Source: Deltaproteobacteria bacterium (GTDB lineage Bacteria; Myxococcota_A; Polyangia; Polyangiales; Houyiibacteriaceae). From it: DNA of 64,000 bases. The notes beneath the pieces are model-generated. The model saw only the letters and a list, made by a program, of their open reading frames with translations, ran no database searches and was not told the DNA's origin. The DNA lies in contig JAXMNT010000014.1 of assembly GCA_034670305.1 (NCBI GenBank), forward strand, positions 87,440 through 151,439. The letters are read 5' to 3'. Position 1 is the stretch's first letter; each line of letters starts with the position of its first letter. The translations under genes and the position numbers were made by a program. Of the stretch, positions 8,101 to 17,543 are shown piece by piece.

Positions 8101-10796
8101 TCGGGATCGTAGGCGTCGTCGAGTCCGTTGCCGTTGCGGTCTTCGCCGCTCGGCAACACGTCGGGCGCGCCGTCGCGGTTCACGTCGTGTCCCTCGATCG
8201 CGTCGAGGATGCCGTCGTTGTCGCTGTCGGTGTCGAGGTAGTCCGGGTCCGCGTCGCCGTCGCTGTTGCGTCGGCCTTCCACGCGGGTCGGGATGCCGTC
8301 GTTGTCGTCGTCGACGTCGAGGTAGTCCGGCCGCCCGTCCATGTCGGAGTCTCGGCAGGTGCGCATGACCATCGGACACTCGTCGGCGTCGTCGATGCCG
8401 TCGTTGTCGCTGTCGCTGTCGAGGTAGTTCGGCCGGCCATCGCCATCGAGGTCGCCCGGCTCTTCGATCACGGTGGGGATTCCGTCGCCGTCGTCGTCGG
8501 TGTCGAGCCAGTCGGCGATCGCACCGTCGGTGTCCTGAAGCGGCGCGCGGGTGCCGCCGTTGTCCGGGTCGTACGCGTTGTCCAGGCCGTCCCCGTCCGT
8601 GTCGACGCCGGCCGGCATGCGATCGGCTGCGCCGTCCATGTCCGCGTCGTGGCCTTCGATGGCGTCGAGCACACCGTCACCATCCGAGTCGGTGTCGCGC
8701 CAGTCGTCGGCGCCCATCATGTCGGTGTTCGGGGTGGGAAGGGGGCGTCCTTCGACCGCGTCGGCCAAGCCGTTCCCGTTCGTGTCCGCGCCGCCGTCGA
8801 GCCGGCCGTCGCCGTTTCCATCGCGGCCGCCCGCTTCGGTCGTGTCGGTGATGCCGTCTCCATCGGAGTCGACGTCGAGGAAGTCGTCCGCGCCATCTCG
8901 ATCGGTGTCGGGCGGGGTGGTGGTGACGGTGGCGATGAGCGGGTTCGCCGGCGCGGTGTCGACCGAGTCGATCACCCCGTCGCCGTCGCGATCTGCCTGA
9001 TCGTCTGGCAGGCCATCGTCGTTCGCGTCGAGTGCGCCGTTGTCGCTCTCGAAGACATCTGGGAGTCCGTCGCCGTCCGCGTCCAGATCCTGGTGGTTCG
9101 GCGTACCGTCTTGGTCCAGGTCGAAGCGGTCGTCGATGTTGTCGCCGTTCGAATCCACGAACCCGGGCGTGCCTGGATCCCGCCAGTCGGGCGTTCCGTC
9201 CATGTCGATGTCCGCGTCGGGCAAGAGGCCCACACCGAGCTCGTCGGTGTCGAGGATGCCGTCGTTGTCGTCGTCCGGATCCATGTCGTCCGGAACGCCG
9301 TCGCCATCGAAGTCGGCGTTCGGCGGGCACTCGGAAGACAGGGGCGGAAGGGAGACGGTCTGGAAGCCGCCGATGCCACCGGTGCCGTTGCCGCCACCGC
9401 CGGTACCACCCGCGCCGCCCGCGATGTCGGGCGTTCCGGCGATCGTGCCGCTCGGGGTCGCGAGCACGACGAAACCGCCGCCGCCGCCACCACCCGCACC
9501 ATCGTCCGCTTGGTCGGTGTCGCTTCCATCTCCGCCGACCGCCTGCACGGTGAGGGCGCCGAGCGTCGTGTCTTCGGTGTGGAGGAACAACGTGCCGCCG
9601 CCACCACCGCCGCCGCCACCTTCTTGGTCCTGGCGCTCGCCGCCATCGCCGTTCGCGGAGAGCACGCCACCGCCGGCCAACGACGCCGCGCGGATGTAGA
9701 GCACCCCACCGCCCGCCTGGCCACTGACGGCGGCCACTTCGGTGTCGTCGTCGAGTGAGCCGGAACCGCCGCCACCTCCAAGGAGGATGCGGTCGAGATC
9801 TCGATAGCCGGTGCCGGGACGCGCGACCGTTGCGGCGGTGTCTCCGCCTGGACCGACCGCGCCCGTGCCGCCGGGACCACCGCCGCCGCCGCCGCCGCCG
9901 CCCGAGTCGATGACGGTTCCCGGATGGGTCGCACCCGCGTTGCCTGGCGCGCCGCGCAAGTTCTCGGTGCCGAAGATGCCGGAGGTGGCCCGGGTGCGCA
10001 CGCCGAGCGCGCGGCTGTAGACGCGCGTCGGCGTGCCGTGGATGCCCTCGCCTTTGACACCGTCGGTCTCGGTGTCGTTCACCAACGGAATGACCGGGCT
10101 GCCGCCGGAGAAGCCGAGCCCGTCCACGCTGATGCGGCCGGCCACTCGAAGTTCTCCCGTGACGTCGAGCACCACGAAGCCACCCGAGCGTCCATCCCAC
10201 GGCGCACCGGTGACGACGCCTGTGCCTGTGACGCGCAGGTCACCGAAGGTCGGTACACGAACCACCTGGTACCGGTACACGCCGCCACCGAGGTTGCCGG
10301 CCACATCGGCGGTGTCGTCGCCGATGTAGAGGTTGCGGGTCGTGTTCACGAGGGGCAGCACGCCGCCCGCCACGGGGCCCGCGGCGATGTTGAACTCGTA
10401 CAAGCCGGCGACGAACTGAGCCTCGTCCAGCACGCCCTGTCGATCGTCGCCTCCCGGACCATCTCCGTAGCGACCGTTCACCGTGCCCTCGGCTCGGCGG
10501 TCGATGCGCGCCCCCTGCACCTGCACGAGGAGGACCAGATCACCGGCGGCGATCACCCCCGAGCCGCGGCGGGCCGCGGCGTCGACCGGGACCACGCCGC
10601 TCCCCACCGGCACAGTCGTGAGACCAGCGGGGTTCGGATAGTACGCGTTGAGGATCGTTCCCGGTGCGGCCACGACCTGGTCGGGCCCGGTGGTGCCACA
10701 GGCGGTCTGCGCCTCGACCGGAGAGGACAGCCAGAGTCCAGCCGAAAGGAGCGCGATGGCCCCACAGATGCGGTTGCAAGAAAAGCTCGAAGTCAT
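5127..10796 (-). CDS. Large cell-surface protein with thrombospondin type-3-like Ca-binding repeats and MYXO-CTERM-type tail
   Basis: Signal peptide, Gly-rich N-domain, dozens of DxDxDG(I/V)PD(Y/F)LDxDxDxDG repeats, C-terminal GGGACS...LLLLLGLWGWRRR. Confidence 0.9.
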   Translation of the reverse strand: MTSSFSCNRICGAIALLSAGLWLSSPVEAQTACGTTGPDQVVAAPGTILNAYYPNPAGLTTVPVGSGVVPVDAAARRGSGVIAAGDLVLLVQVQGARIDRRAEGTVNGRYGDGPGGDDRQGVLDEAQFVAGLYEFNIAAGPVAGGVLPLVNTTRNLYIGDDTADVAGNLGGGVYRYQVVRVPTFGDLRVTGTGVVTGAPWDGRSGGFVVLDVTGELRVAGRISVDGLGFSGGSPVIPLVNDTETDGVKGEGIHGTPTRVYSRALGVRTRATSGIFGTENLRGAPGNAGATHPGTVIDSGGGGGGGGGPGGTGAVGPGGDTAATVARPGTGYRDLDRILLGGGGGSGSLDDDTEVAAVSGQAGGGVLYIRAASLAGGGVLSANGDGGERQDQEGGGGGGGGGTLFLHTEDTTLGALTVQAVGGDGSDTDQADDGAGGGGGGGFVVLATPSGTIAGTPDIAGGAGGTGGGGNGTGGIGGFQTVSLPPLSSECPPNADFDGDGVPDDMDPDDDNDGILDTDELGVGLLPDADIDMDGTPDWRDPGTPGFVDSNGDNIDDRFDLDQDGTPNHQDLDADGDGLPDVFESDNGALDANDDGLPDDQADRDGDGVIDSVDTAPANPLIATVTTTPPDTDRDGADDFLDVDSDGDGITDTTEAGGRDGNGDGRLDGGADTNGNGLADAVEGRPLPTPNTDMMGADDWRDTDSDGDGVLDAIEGHDADMDGAADRMPAGVDTDGDGLDNAYDPDNGGTRAPLQDTDGAIADWLDTDDDGDGIPTVIEEPGDLDGDGRPNYLDSDSDNDGIDDADECPMVMRTCRDSDMDGRPDYLDVDDDNDGIPTRVEGRRNSDGDADPDYLDTDSDNDGILDAIEGHDVNRDGAPDVLPSGEDRNGNGLDDAYDPDAGGMMAAIPNAGGAPRPDYRDTDDDGDGIPTAEECPMPTMCRDFDADGHPGYLDLDSDGDGLTDETEGMADPDMDRMPAYLDLDSDNDSVPDATEGHDVDGDGEPDTIPSGTDLNADGLDDAYDPGAVPPNHDSDPEPDFLDADDDGDGIPTRTEFPLGDSDGTPGPDYLDDDDDDDGIPSAVECTTPAGCEDTDMDGMPDYLDLDSDDDTLADTEECPSQPCRNSDTDTRPDFRDADDDGDAIPTATEIEDQAEFGTPDDDDIDAWYDDDSDGDGVPDRTEGTVDLDMDGIPDYLDPDSSPVDTDLDGIPDSIECGGDPADGCPDTDGDGDPDYMDPDDDGDGIPTIDECSGFTACEDTDEDGRPDWRDVDDDGDGLLTADESDVDTDGDGDPDYRDADDDGDIIPTAIEAHDLDGDGAADTPALGIDTDMDGLDDAYDLDDGGVAPTPPDFDSDGFSDHLDIDADDDGIVDSIECGAIGACFDIDGDDSPDYLDLDTDGDTVPDAIEGHDADADGVADREPSGDDTDMDGLDDAFDPDDGGVMAPLPNRDMTEPADWRDTDDDADGIDTAQEVMDVAMFGDPDDDGIPAYLDTDSDGDGASDLVEGRLDLDDDGIPDYLDPDSVVVDTDGDGIADVVECGGDPADGCPDTDDDGTEDYLDPDDDGDSIPTREERPEGDQDTDGDGTPDHLDTDDDGDSIPTIDELGAGGASSPRDSDEDGRLDYLDPDDDNDGIPTLTERNDSMALGNDDPDDDGLPSWLDLDSDGDTMPDMMECSDPASGCPDSDGDGTPDYLDSDSGPVDSDGDGLPDIVECGGPPEVSCPDTDGDGMPDYLDTDDDGDSIPTRDELDAGMPRDSDGDRLPDHLDTDDDGDGIPTRTEVEDGDALPGGPDDDVDDDGIPNRLDTDSDNDGLTDLEEGREDSDGDGIPNYLDPTDDTPTGPGGYAGGGACSAGGSHPAGSASLLLLLGLWGWRRRLRGSARPQSVPR

Positions 10797-10988
10797 CAGA
10801 GTTCCTTTGGCATCACCTAAATTTGACACGGCTGTAGAGCCGGCGATGCCTCACCTCAATGGGGTGCGTTTTCGGTCACGCGACAGTGCAAGCCACGTTC
10901 CGCCGAGTATGACAGAAAAACGTCCGACCGATCCGGCGGATCGACCTCACCACTGTGGGTGATTTACATCAAGTGATGGACAGAACCA

Positions 10989-12404
10989 TCACCCGTTTGG
11001 GTCAACGGCCGGAAACGTGCCCGAGCTGCGGGTCGAGCCGATGGCTGGCGCGAGCGCGAGACGGAGGGCGTCCGCGGCGGTCTTCGGTCGATCGAAGCCG
11101 TCGGCCGGCTCGACGAGCCGTAGCTCGTCCGCATCGACGTGGCCGTCGAGCAGCAAAAGCGTCTGCGCCGGGGCCAGGAACGCGCCGAGCCAGGGACGGA
11201 GGTTGTCGTCGGTCGGGAGTGCGAAGACCTCGACGTCGGTGCCACCCAGGCGAAGCCGACCGAGCGCACCGAGCATGCCGTTGCCGACCGCGGAGGGCCG
11301 CGCCGCCGCCACGAGGAACTCCTCGATGCCGCTCAGCGCTCGTGCGAAGCGGGTCAACGCATCGAAGGAACCTGCCACCCCGAGTCGGACGGGGCCGTCG
11401 ACCCCAGGACGGCGGAGGCGGAGCGCGGCGGTGCGCATCGCGGGGATCTCCTCTTCGTCGCAGAAGCGGGTGCGCGCGATGGCCTCGTGGGCGCGCAGCG
11501 CGTTCTGCCCCCAGAGCCCGACGAGCACCTCGAGGATGGCCACGTCCGAGTCGGCGACCAGATCGAGCACCTCCTGCAGGGACCGAGGTTGCTCGAGGCG
11601 GCTCGCGATGGCCTCCGCGAGATGCCTCGGCACGTCGCGGATCGTGCTCGGCGCCACCGTGAGGTGGACCTGGGTGTCGAGGCTCGGCAACTCGTCCAAC
11701 AGACGGGTGCGCTCGTCGCTGTGCCGCACCGCTTCCATGAGGAGGTGATCGGTCGCGCGGTCGATGCGCCGGCGGGTCGCGGGCCGGTCCGGCATGAAGA
11801 TGAACTTGCCCTCCCGCTGTCCGAGCGCTCGAAAGAGCGCCTTCTCACCGGTGACCGCCCCGCAGCTCGCGTCGACGATCGCACCGGAGCGGATCCAGAT
11901 CTCCGCTTCGATGCCGCCGCTCTCCACCCGCAAGAGGCCCGTGCGCCGGTTCTGTGCGAACACCTGCAAGAGATCGAAGAGCGCGACTTGCTGAAGATCG
12001 CCTTCGAGCTCCGCTGCCCGCGCCGGCTCGCGCCGCGCCCGGATGACATCGAGCACCCGCGCCGCGACCTCCTCGGCGTGAAACGGTTTGACGATCGGTT
12101 CGGCCCGCGCGTGCAGGGCGCCGAGCTCCGAGCGGTCGCCGCGACCGAGCACGAACACGTGCGCGTCGGCCGTGCGCGGGTTGTCGGTCAGCACGTCGAG
12201 AAAGGTGCGGATGTCGAGGATCGTGACGTTGCGATCGACGAGCACGACTTCGGCCGCGATCTCGACCGCACGTTTGAGTCCGCTCTGTCCGTCGGTCGCC
12301 AGCGCGACCTGATGGCCCTGCTCGCGCAGGATGCGGGCGAGTAGATCGAGCGTGTCCCAGTCTTCGTCGACGACGAGCACGCGCGCTTTGAGATCCACCG
12401 TCAT
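10989..12404 (-). CDS. Receiver + DUF4388-like domain protein
   Basis: ATG 12404 overlaps upstream TGA; RVLVVDED, VLVD, VKPF; LEGDLQQVALFDLLQVFAQNRRTGLL typical of DUF4388. Confidence 0.85.
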   Translation of the reverse strand: MTVDLKARVLVVDEDWDTLDLLARILREQGHQVALATDGQSGLKRAVEIAAEVVLVDRNVTILDIRTFLDVLTDNPRTADAHVFVLGRGDRSELGALHARAEPIVKPFHAEEVAARVLDVIRARREPARAAELEGDLQQVALFDLLQVFAQNRRTGLLRVESGGIEAEIWIRSGAIVDASCGAVTGEKALFRALGQREGKFIFMPDRPATRRRIDRATDHLLMEAVRHSDERTRLLDELPSLDTQVHLTVAPSTIRDVPRHLAEAIASRLEQPRSLQEVLDLVADSDVAILEVLVGLWGQNALRAHEAIARTRFCDEEEIPAMRTAALRLRRPGVDGPVRLGVAGSFDALTRFARALSGIEEFLVAAARPSAVGNGMLGALGRLRLGGTDVEVFALPTDDNLRPWLGAFLAPAQTLLLLDGHVDADELRLVEPADGFDRPKTAADALRLALAPAIGSTRSSGTFPAVDPNG

Positions 12405-14290
12405 CCGATCTCCGGCTGCAGGTGGTAGGTGCGCTGCAGGGACGCGACCAGACCATCGACGAGATCGAGATCGCTCGCGTGGTACGCGAGCACGCTCTCG
12501 GTCGGGAGCGATGCGCCCTCGAGTGGCCGGGCGATCAGCAGGTACCCGCCGAGCTCGGTGAGCGCGAGCAGGAGCACCCGGTCCCGGATGCGCGGATCGT
12601 CCACCCGCAAGGTCCGCGGAGAAGCGCCGGTCGGCGCGGCGTTGGGATCGAGGACCCAGCCACGCACCGGCCCGGTCTCGGCGACGTCGAGCGCTGCTTG
12701 CATCGCAATCGTCATCGAGCCGTCGCCCATCGCGTAGAGCACGCCGGGTGCCTTGTGGCGCACCGCATCTTCGGTGAGCAACGACGAGATGCGGGGGAGC
12801 AGTCCGCGCGGAACCACCGCGTGGCACGAGCGGTGTCCATGCGCGCCGACCAGGTCGCGGTGCAGGGAGACCTCACCGTTCGGCAACACGGCGACGTCGT
12901 CGTCGGAGCCTAGGATCCGGTCGAGCGCGTCCCAGAACCCGAGGCCCGAGAGCCCCATGCGGCGCCACACGCCTTCTCGGCTTCGTTCGCTTCGGCGCCT
13001 CGAGACCCGCAAGAGCCGGCCGAGATCGCGCCCGTCGAGTGGATACACGGCGACGCCGCACACCAGGTCGAGTTGCGCATCCAGGATGCCGACATCGGTC
13101 AACATGGATGGGAGTTCGGCCAGCGACTCGAACCGCGCGAGGATGCGGCGGCGGGCGGCGAGCGCACCGAGCAAGCCCGTCTCTGGAAGGAGCAGGTAGA
13201 ACTCGTCGTCCTCGACGCGCGCGAGCACATCCGAGTCGCGGACGGCGCTGAGCACTGCGTCGGTCACCAGCCGGCGAAGGTTCAGCCGTAGGTCGGGGGA
13301 GACGCGTTCGGCGATCTCTCCGATGCCTTCGAGGCCGATCGTGAGCAGTGCGAAACGCCGGTTGTGGCGCGCGGCGCGGTCGATCTCTCGGCCAGCGACG
13401 TCGCCGAAGTAGGCGAACGTGTACGCGCTGGTCTCGGGATCTTTGAGCCCCGTGCGCGCGATCGCGTCCACCTTGCGCGCGCTCGCAAGCGCCGCGGTTC
13501 CGAGCGACGCGACGATCGTCAACGCTTCACGGCCGAGATCGTCGAGCGGCGTCTCGGGCACGAGCACCGCACACGCGGAGGCATCGCGATCTCCGAGAAA
13601 CAGGATTCGAATGACGTGGTCGTCTTCTTGAACCGGCTGGGTCGGATCGAGCGTGGCGAGCACGGCGCCGTCCAGGTTGTTCGGCAGCTCGTCGCCTGCC
13701 GCGACGACCGAGGTGCGCACGTAGGTCGTGGCATTCGGGAAGGGCGGCACGTAGATCGCGCCCGCGGCGAGCGCGATCTCTTCGCTGCAGGTCTGGAGAA
13801 TGCGCTCGGCCACCGAACGTGGATCGATCTCCGCGACGAACGCGGCGCAGCGTGCGTAGGTGGCCGTGCGCAGCCGACCCCATCGCGCTTCTTCACCGAG
13901 CTGCTTGCGCTGCTCCAGCAAGATGCGCCGCTCCCGGGCCCGCCCGACCGCCACGAGCAGTGCGTCTCCGGTGAGCGGACGCATCACCGTCTGCAACACG
14001 CCGAGCGCCATGGCATGAGAGGCCTCTTCGAGGTCCTGGGGCGTGGTGAGGACGATGACGTCTACGAGCGGATAGAGCGCGCGCAAGTGGTGCACGAGTG
14101 CGAGTCCGTCGCCCCGCGGCAGCGAGAGCGAGACGAGCGCGACGTCCACGTCTCCACGGCTGAGACGCTCGAGCGCATGGGGCACCTCGAGCACGACCTC
14201 GACCAGGTCGCCTCGGTCCTCCAGCACACTGGCCGCGAAACGTGCGTCTTGTCGCTCGGCGGCGACCACCAGGATGCGCAGCTGACTCAC
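12401..14290 (-). CDS. Atypical receiver + GAF-like + degenerate GGDEF-domain protein
   Basis: GTG 14290 overlaps dapF stop; KDPET..Y...YF, RDSDVLARVEDDEF (RxxD plus degenerate A-site), GVAVYP. Confidence 0.85.
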   Translation of the reverse strand: MSQLRILVVAAERQDARFAASVLEDRGDLVEVVLEVPHALERLSRGDVDVALVSLSLPRGDGLALVHHLRALYPLVDVIVLTTPQDLEEASHAMALGVLQTVMRPLTGDALLVAVGRARERRILLEQRKQLGEEARWGRLRTATYARCAAFVAEIDPRSVAERILQTCSEEIALAAGAIYVPPFPNATTYVRTSVVAAGDELPNNLDGAVLATLDPTQPVQEDDHVIRILFLGDRDASACAVLVPETPLDDLGREALTIVASLGTAALASARKVDAIARTGLKDPETSAYTFAYFGDVAGREIDRAARHNRRFALLTIGLEGIGEIAERVSPDLRLNLRRLVTDAVLSAVRDSDVLARVEDDEFYLLLPETGLLGALAARRRILARFESLAELPSMLTDVGILDAQLDLVCGVAVYPLDGRDLGRLLRVSRRRSERSREGVWRRMGLSGLGFWDALDRILGSDDDVAVLPNGEVSLHRDLVGAHGHRSCHAVVPRGLLPRISSLLTEDAVRHKAPGVLYAMGDGSMTIAMQAALDVAETGPVRGWVLDPNAAPTGASPRTLRVDDPRIRDRVLLLALTELGGYLLIARPLEGASLPTESVLAYHASDLDLVDGLVASLQRTYHLQPEIG

Positions 14291-15141
14291 GGGCTCCCGG
14301 TCGATTCGCGCGAAGCCCGAACGTAGGTTCCATCGAAGACGTGCCGCGCAGGTCCCCGCATCACGATGGGGGCACCGGGCGCATCCACCCGCACCGTCAG
14401 CGCGCCGCCCGGCAGCCGAATGGTCAGGTCGGTTCCCCGTTCGGCGCGTCCGGTCTCCACCGCTGCCACCGCTGCCGCGCATGCACCGGTGCCGCACGCG
14501 CGGGTCCACCCGGCGCCGCGCTCGAGCACGTTGAGATCGATGTGACCAGCGGCCATCTGGGCGAAGCCGACGTTGACCCCCGCGGGGAACATCGGGTCGG
14601 TTTGCAGCTGGGGTCCGAGTGCGAGCCGGGCGTCGGTCTCGATCGGATCGAAGGTCACCGCGTGGGGGTTGCCCATGCCGACGGTCGTCCAGTGCAGCCC
14701 GAGCAGGTTGTCGTCGCGCAGGGCGCGTTTGCAAGGGATCGCCTCCGCCTCGAGCGTGGCGGGGCGCATGGCGATCTCGACCCACGCTGTCGCGTCGTCG
14801 TTGTCTTTGGACGCACCGTCGTACAGCTGGAGAACTTGGCCGCGGTGGGGTCCCGCATCGGTCGTCAGATCGACGGTCTCACCCATCGGCAAGACCCCGG
14901 TGCGGACCAGGTGCCAGACCACGCACCGCAGTCCGTTGCCACACATCTCGGCGACCGAACCGTCCGCGTTGAGCACCGTCATCGATGCGGGATCGGCGCC
15001 GACGCTCAGCACACCGTCGGCGCCTACGCCGAGGTTTCGGTCGCAGATCCGGATGGCCTCGTCGGGTGTGATCTCTTCGGCGGCGTCCACGACGACGAAA
15101 TCGTTGCCCAGGCCTTCGTACTTCGAAAAGCGCAGCCCCAC
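14287..15141 (-). CDS. dapF: Diaminopimelate epimerase
   Basis: FSKYEGLGNDF, GVGADG, NADGSVAEMCGNGLRC, MGNPH, ERGAGWTRACGTGACA. Confidence 0.97.
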   Translation of the reverse strand: MGLRFSKYEGLGNDFVVVDAAEEITPDEAIRICDRNLGVGADGVLSVGADPASMTVLNADGSVAEMCGNGLRCVVWHLVRTGVLPMGETVDLTTDAGPHRGQVLQLYDGASKDNDDATAWVEIAMRPATLEAEAIPCKRALRDDNLLGLHWTTVGMGNPHAVTFDPIETDARLALGPQLQTDPMFPAGVNVGFAQMAAGHIDLNVLERGAGWTRACGTGACAAAVAAVETGRAERGTDLTIRLPGGALTVRVDAPGAPIVMRGPARHVFDGTYVRASRESTGSP

Positions 15142-15192
15142 CCGAGGGTCGTACCATGGGCTCCCTCAGGCGTCCGCCGAAACCTGCGGGGA

Positions 15193-16461
15193 CTAGCGCA
15201 CGGAGACGTAGGTGGTCCGTTCGTCCGGTGTCGGGAAGATCGCCGTCCAGCCCGGCGGCAGCGCCGGCTCGGTGAAATCGAACAGGACGCGCGCGTCGCG
15301 TGGGGCGAGGTTCACACACCCGTGGCTCTTCCGGCGGCCGAAGTCGTCGTGCCAGAACGCGGCGTGCAGCCCGTTCGCACCTTCGAAGTACTGAACCCAG
15401 GGCACCCGCTCGAGCGCGTAGTTGGACTCGAGGTCTTCGCGTTCGAGGTTGTCCATGTCCGAGAAAGCGAGCTTCACCCAGAGCCGGTGCACGCCTTCCG
15501 GCGTCGCGTGGCTCGGACGGTTCTTCCCGGTGCTGACCAACGTGGCGTAGACCGGTTGGTCCCCGCGGTACGCAACCGCGGTCTGCGCGTCGACGTCGAC
15601 GTCGATCCAGGTCCCGTCTTCGGCCACGCCTTCGGGGCGTTCGGCCGGTGCGGCGACGACGATGTCGCGGGTCCGCACGAAGGTGCCATCGGTGAGTTCG
15701 GTCCAACCGCGCTCGGTGGCCCGCACGTGGAGCACTTCACGGGCGCCCGCCCGACGCACGACCCGGCCTCCCCGCCGTTCGTGCATGCGGGCACCGCGTC
15801 GACCGACCCACGCGATGTCGAGCGGGGTGCCAGGCTCGATGGCGACTCCGCCGAAGTCGCTTCCGCGGGCGCGGCGGAGCGCGTCGGACTCCACGTAGAG
15901 CCCGCGCCGGGTGCGCGCGAACGGCACGCCGCGGTGCATCTCGTGACGCCGGACGATCACCCCGAAACCGGCACCCATCGCCTCGACGTACTCGTCGGTG
16001 AAGTAGTCCTCCGGGCGGGCGAAGGCGCGCGTCCCGTCGACCGCAACGAACGCGTATTCGTGGGGGAGCAGTTCGCCCTCCGGCATGTTCGGGTGCGTGT
16101 GGGTGTGCGGCCGCGCGGAGGTGTACCGGACGTGCTGCTCGCACACATAGGTGGACGGCGCGATCTCCGCCCACGCGCTGTCGCACCCATCGGACGCGAT
16201 GCGCCGGCCGACCGGGAAGCGGGCGCCGCGGGCCAACGTGCCGCGTCGGGTGGCCCCTCTGCGTGGGGCCAAAAAGACGGGCGCGTCCGCGTTGATGATC
16301 TCGAGGCTGTGGGTGCCCGAAGGCGGCGGCGGCAGGACCAGCTGCCTCGCACCAGCCGACTGCGCCGGCGCCTCGGTCGGCTGGAGCAGCACAGCACACA
16401 GCGCGCACAACACCGCCAGCGTGCCCGCTGCAGAAGGTCCACTCGTCCGGCTCGATCGCAT
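15193..16461 (-). CDS. L,D-transpeptidase (YkuD family), exported
   Basis: LVSTGK..TPEG, GLHAAFWHDDFGRRKSHGCVNL catalytic His/Cys motif; signal peptide. Confidence 0.92.
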   Translation of the reverse strand: MRSSRTSGPSAAGTLAVLCALCAVLLQPTEAPAQSAGARQLVLPPPPSGTHSLEIINADAPVFLAPRRGATRRGTLARGARFPVGRRIASDGCDSAWAEIAPSTYVCEQHVRYTSARPHTHTHPNMPEGELLPHEYAFVAVDGTRAFARPEDYFTDEYVEAMGAGFGVIVRRHEMHRGVPFARTRRGLYVESDALRRARGSDFGGVAIEPGTPLDIAWVGRRGARMHERRGGRVVRRAGAREVLHVRATERGWTELTDGTFVRTRDIVVAAPAERPEGVAEDGTWIDVDVDAQTAVAYRGDQPVYATLVSTGKNRPSHATPEGVHRLWVKLAFSDMDNLEREDLESNYALERVPWVQYFEGANGLHAAFWHDDFGRRKSHGCVNLAPRDARVLFDFTEPALPPGWTAIFPTPDERTTYVSVR

Positions 16462-16602
16462 CCGCCCGCAGTATAGGAACCGATCTCCCAGCCCCCAACT
16501 TCCGATCTTTTCTTGCCACTACGGGCCTGGCTCGCTTCGCGAGACTGGCGGCCCTATGTTCGCGCCGCACCACCGAGGGCAAGGGCAAGGGCAAGGGGTG
16601 TG

Positions 16603-17529
16603 TCAGGGGTCGGTGTGGGCGCCGCGGGCTTCGGCCGCCGGTCCACCGGACCGCACGCCGAGCCGCTCCGCCCACGCTCGGTCGACATCGATGTCGAGGG
16701 CGCGGAGCTTGGGAAAGATCTCGGCCTCCAACGTCGCGTAGAAGATCGCGGCGAACTGCTCGGTCGTGAGCGTGCCGAGGTTGGGTTCTTCGCTGGCCTC
16801 GATCACCACTTCACGCCCCGCGAGATCTTCGATGCGGAGCTCGCCGCAGGTCGTGTGCTCGAAGCCGGCGAGCGCCCGGCTCAACCGCGTGTGGGCGGAG
16901 GCGCGCTCCTCTGCATCCAGTGTCGGCCACAACACCTCGAGTGCCTCCCAGCCGAAGCTCGCGTGAAACTGCTCGTCCTTGAGGATCTGCTCGGCACAGA
17001 GGATCGCGACCGGGTCGGTCGACACCAGCGCGACCGCATCCAGCATCGGGCGGCTCAACGACTCCCCGATGCAACATGCGGTCAGCACGGCGCGCGCGGC
17101 CCACCCCCGCACGGCGTGCTCGTGCGCTGGGTCGGGGGTGACCTCCGACCCGAGCTGCGGTGCGCCTGGCCAGGGTGCGCGCGGGGTTCGCCAGTTGAAG
17201 AAGCCAGGCTCGTCCGCACCCTCGGGATAGAACGTCTTCGCGGCGGTCGCGCACAACTCGATGTGGCGGACCTCGTCGGTGATCAGTCGGGAGAGCCCGC
17301 CGAGCATCTCCATCGGCGCCCGCGCTTCGCAGAGCGCGTGCAGCAGCGCGGAGAACTGGTGCACCGATCCATGTTCCGCTTGGGCACGGCTGACCCAGTG
17401 CCAGCCCGCATGTCGACGCAGTTTGACGTCGTAGCGCGAAGGATCGAACGCCTCGAACTCCGGCCAGGGGTCGCGGTGCACCTGGAAGCGGTGCATCGCA
17501 CCAAGCGCCCGCGTGGTCGGCGCGAGCAT
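16603..17529 (-). CDS. Ferritin-like diiron-carboxylate protein
   Basis: AEHGS...DEVRH...GESLS...DEQFH four-helix diiron ligand pattern. Confidence 0.85.
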   Translation of the reverse strand: MLAPTTRALGAMHRFQVHRDPWPEFEAFDPSRYDVKLRRHAGWHWVSRAQAEHGSVHQFSALLHALCEARAPMEMLGGLSRLITDEVRHIELCATAAKTFYPEGADEPGFFNWRTPRAPWPGAPQLGSEVTPDPAHEHAVRGWAARAVLTACCIGESLSRPMLDAVALVSTDPVAILCAEQILKDEQFHASFGWEALEVLWPTLDAEERASAHTRLSRALAGFEHTTCGELRIEDLAGREVVIEASEEPNLGTLTTEQFAAIFYATLEAEIFPKLRALDIDVDRAWAERLGVRSGGPAAEARGAHTDP

Positions 17530-17543
17530 GCTGTCGAGGTCGG

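Noticed and set aside
5223-9758. 1511-aa plus-strand ORF and other long antisense ORFs (2717..5134, 32392..35127, 49103..51595, 52905..55505)
   Set aside because: Shadow frames of real genes in high-GC DNA; no motifs and skewed Val/Arg composition
12401-14290. Active diguanylate cyclase
   Set aside because: A-site reads EDDEF rather than GG(D/E)EF
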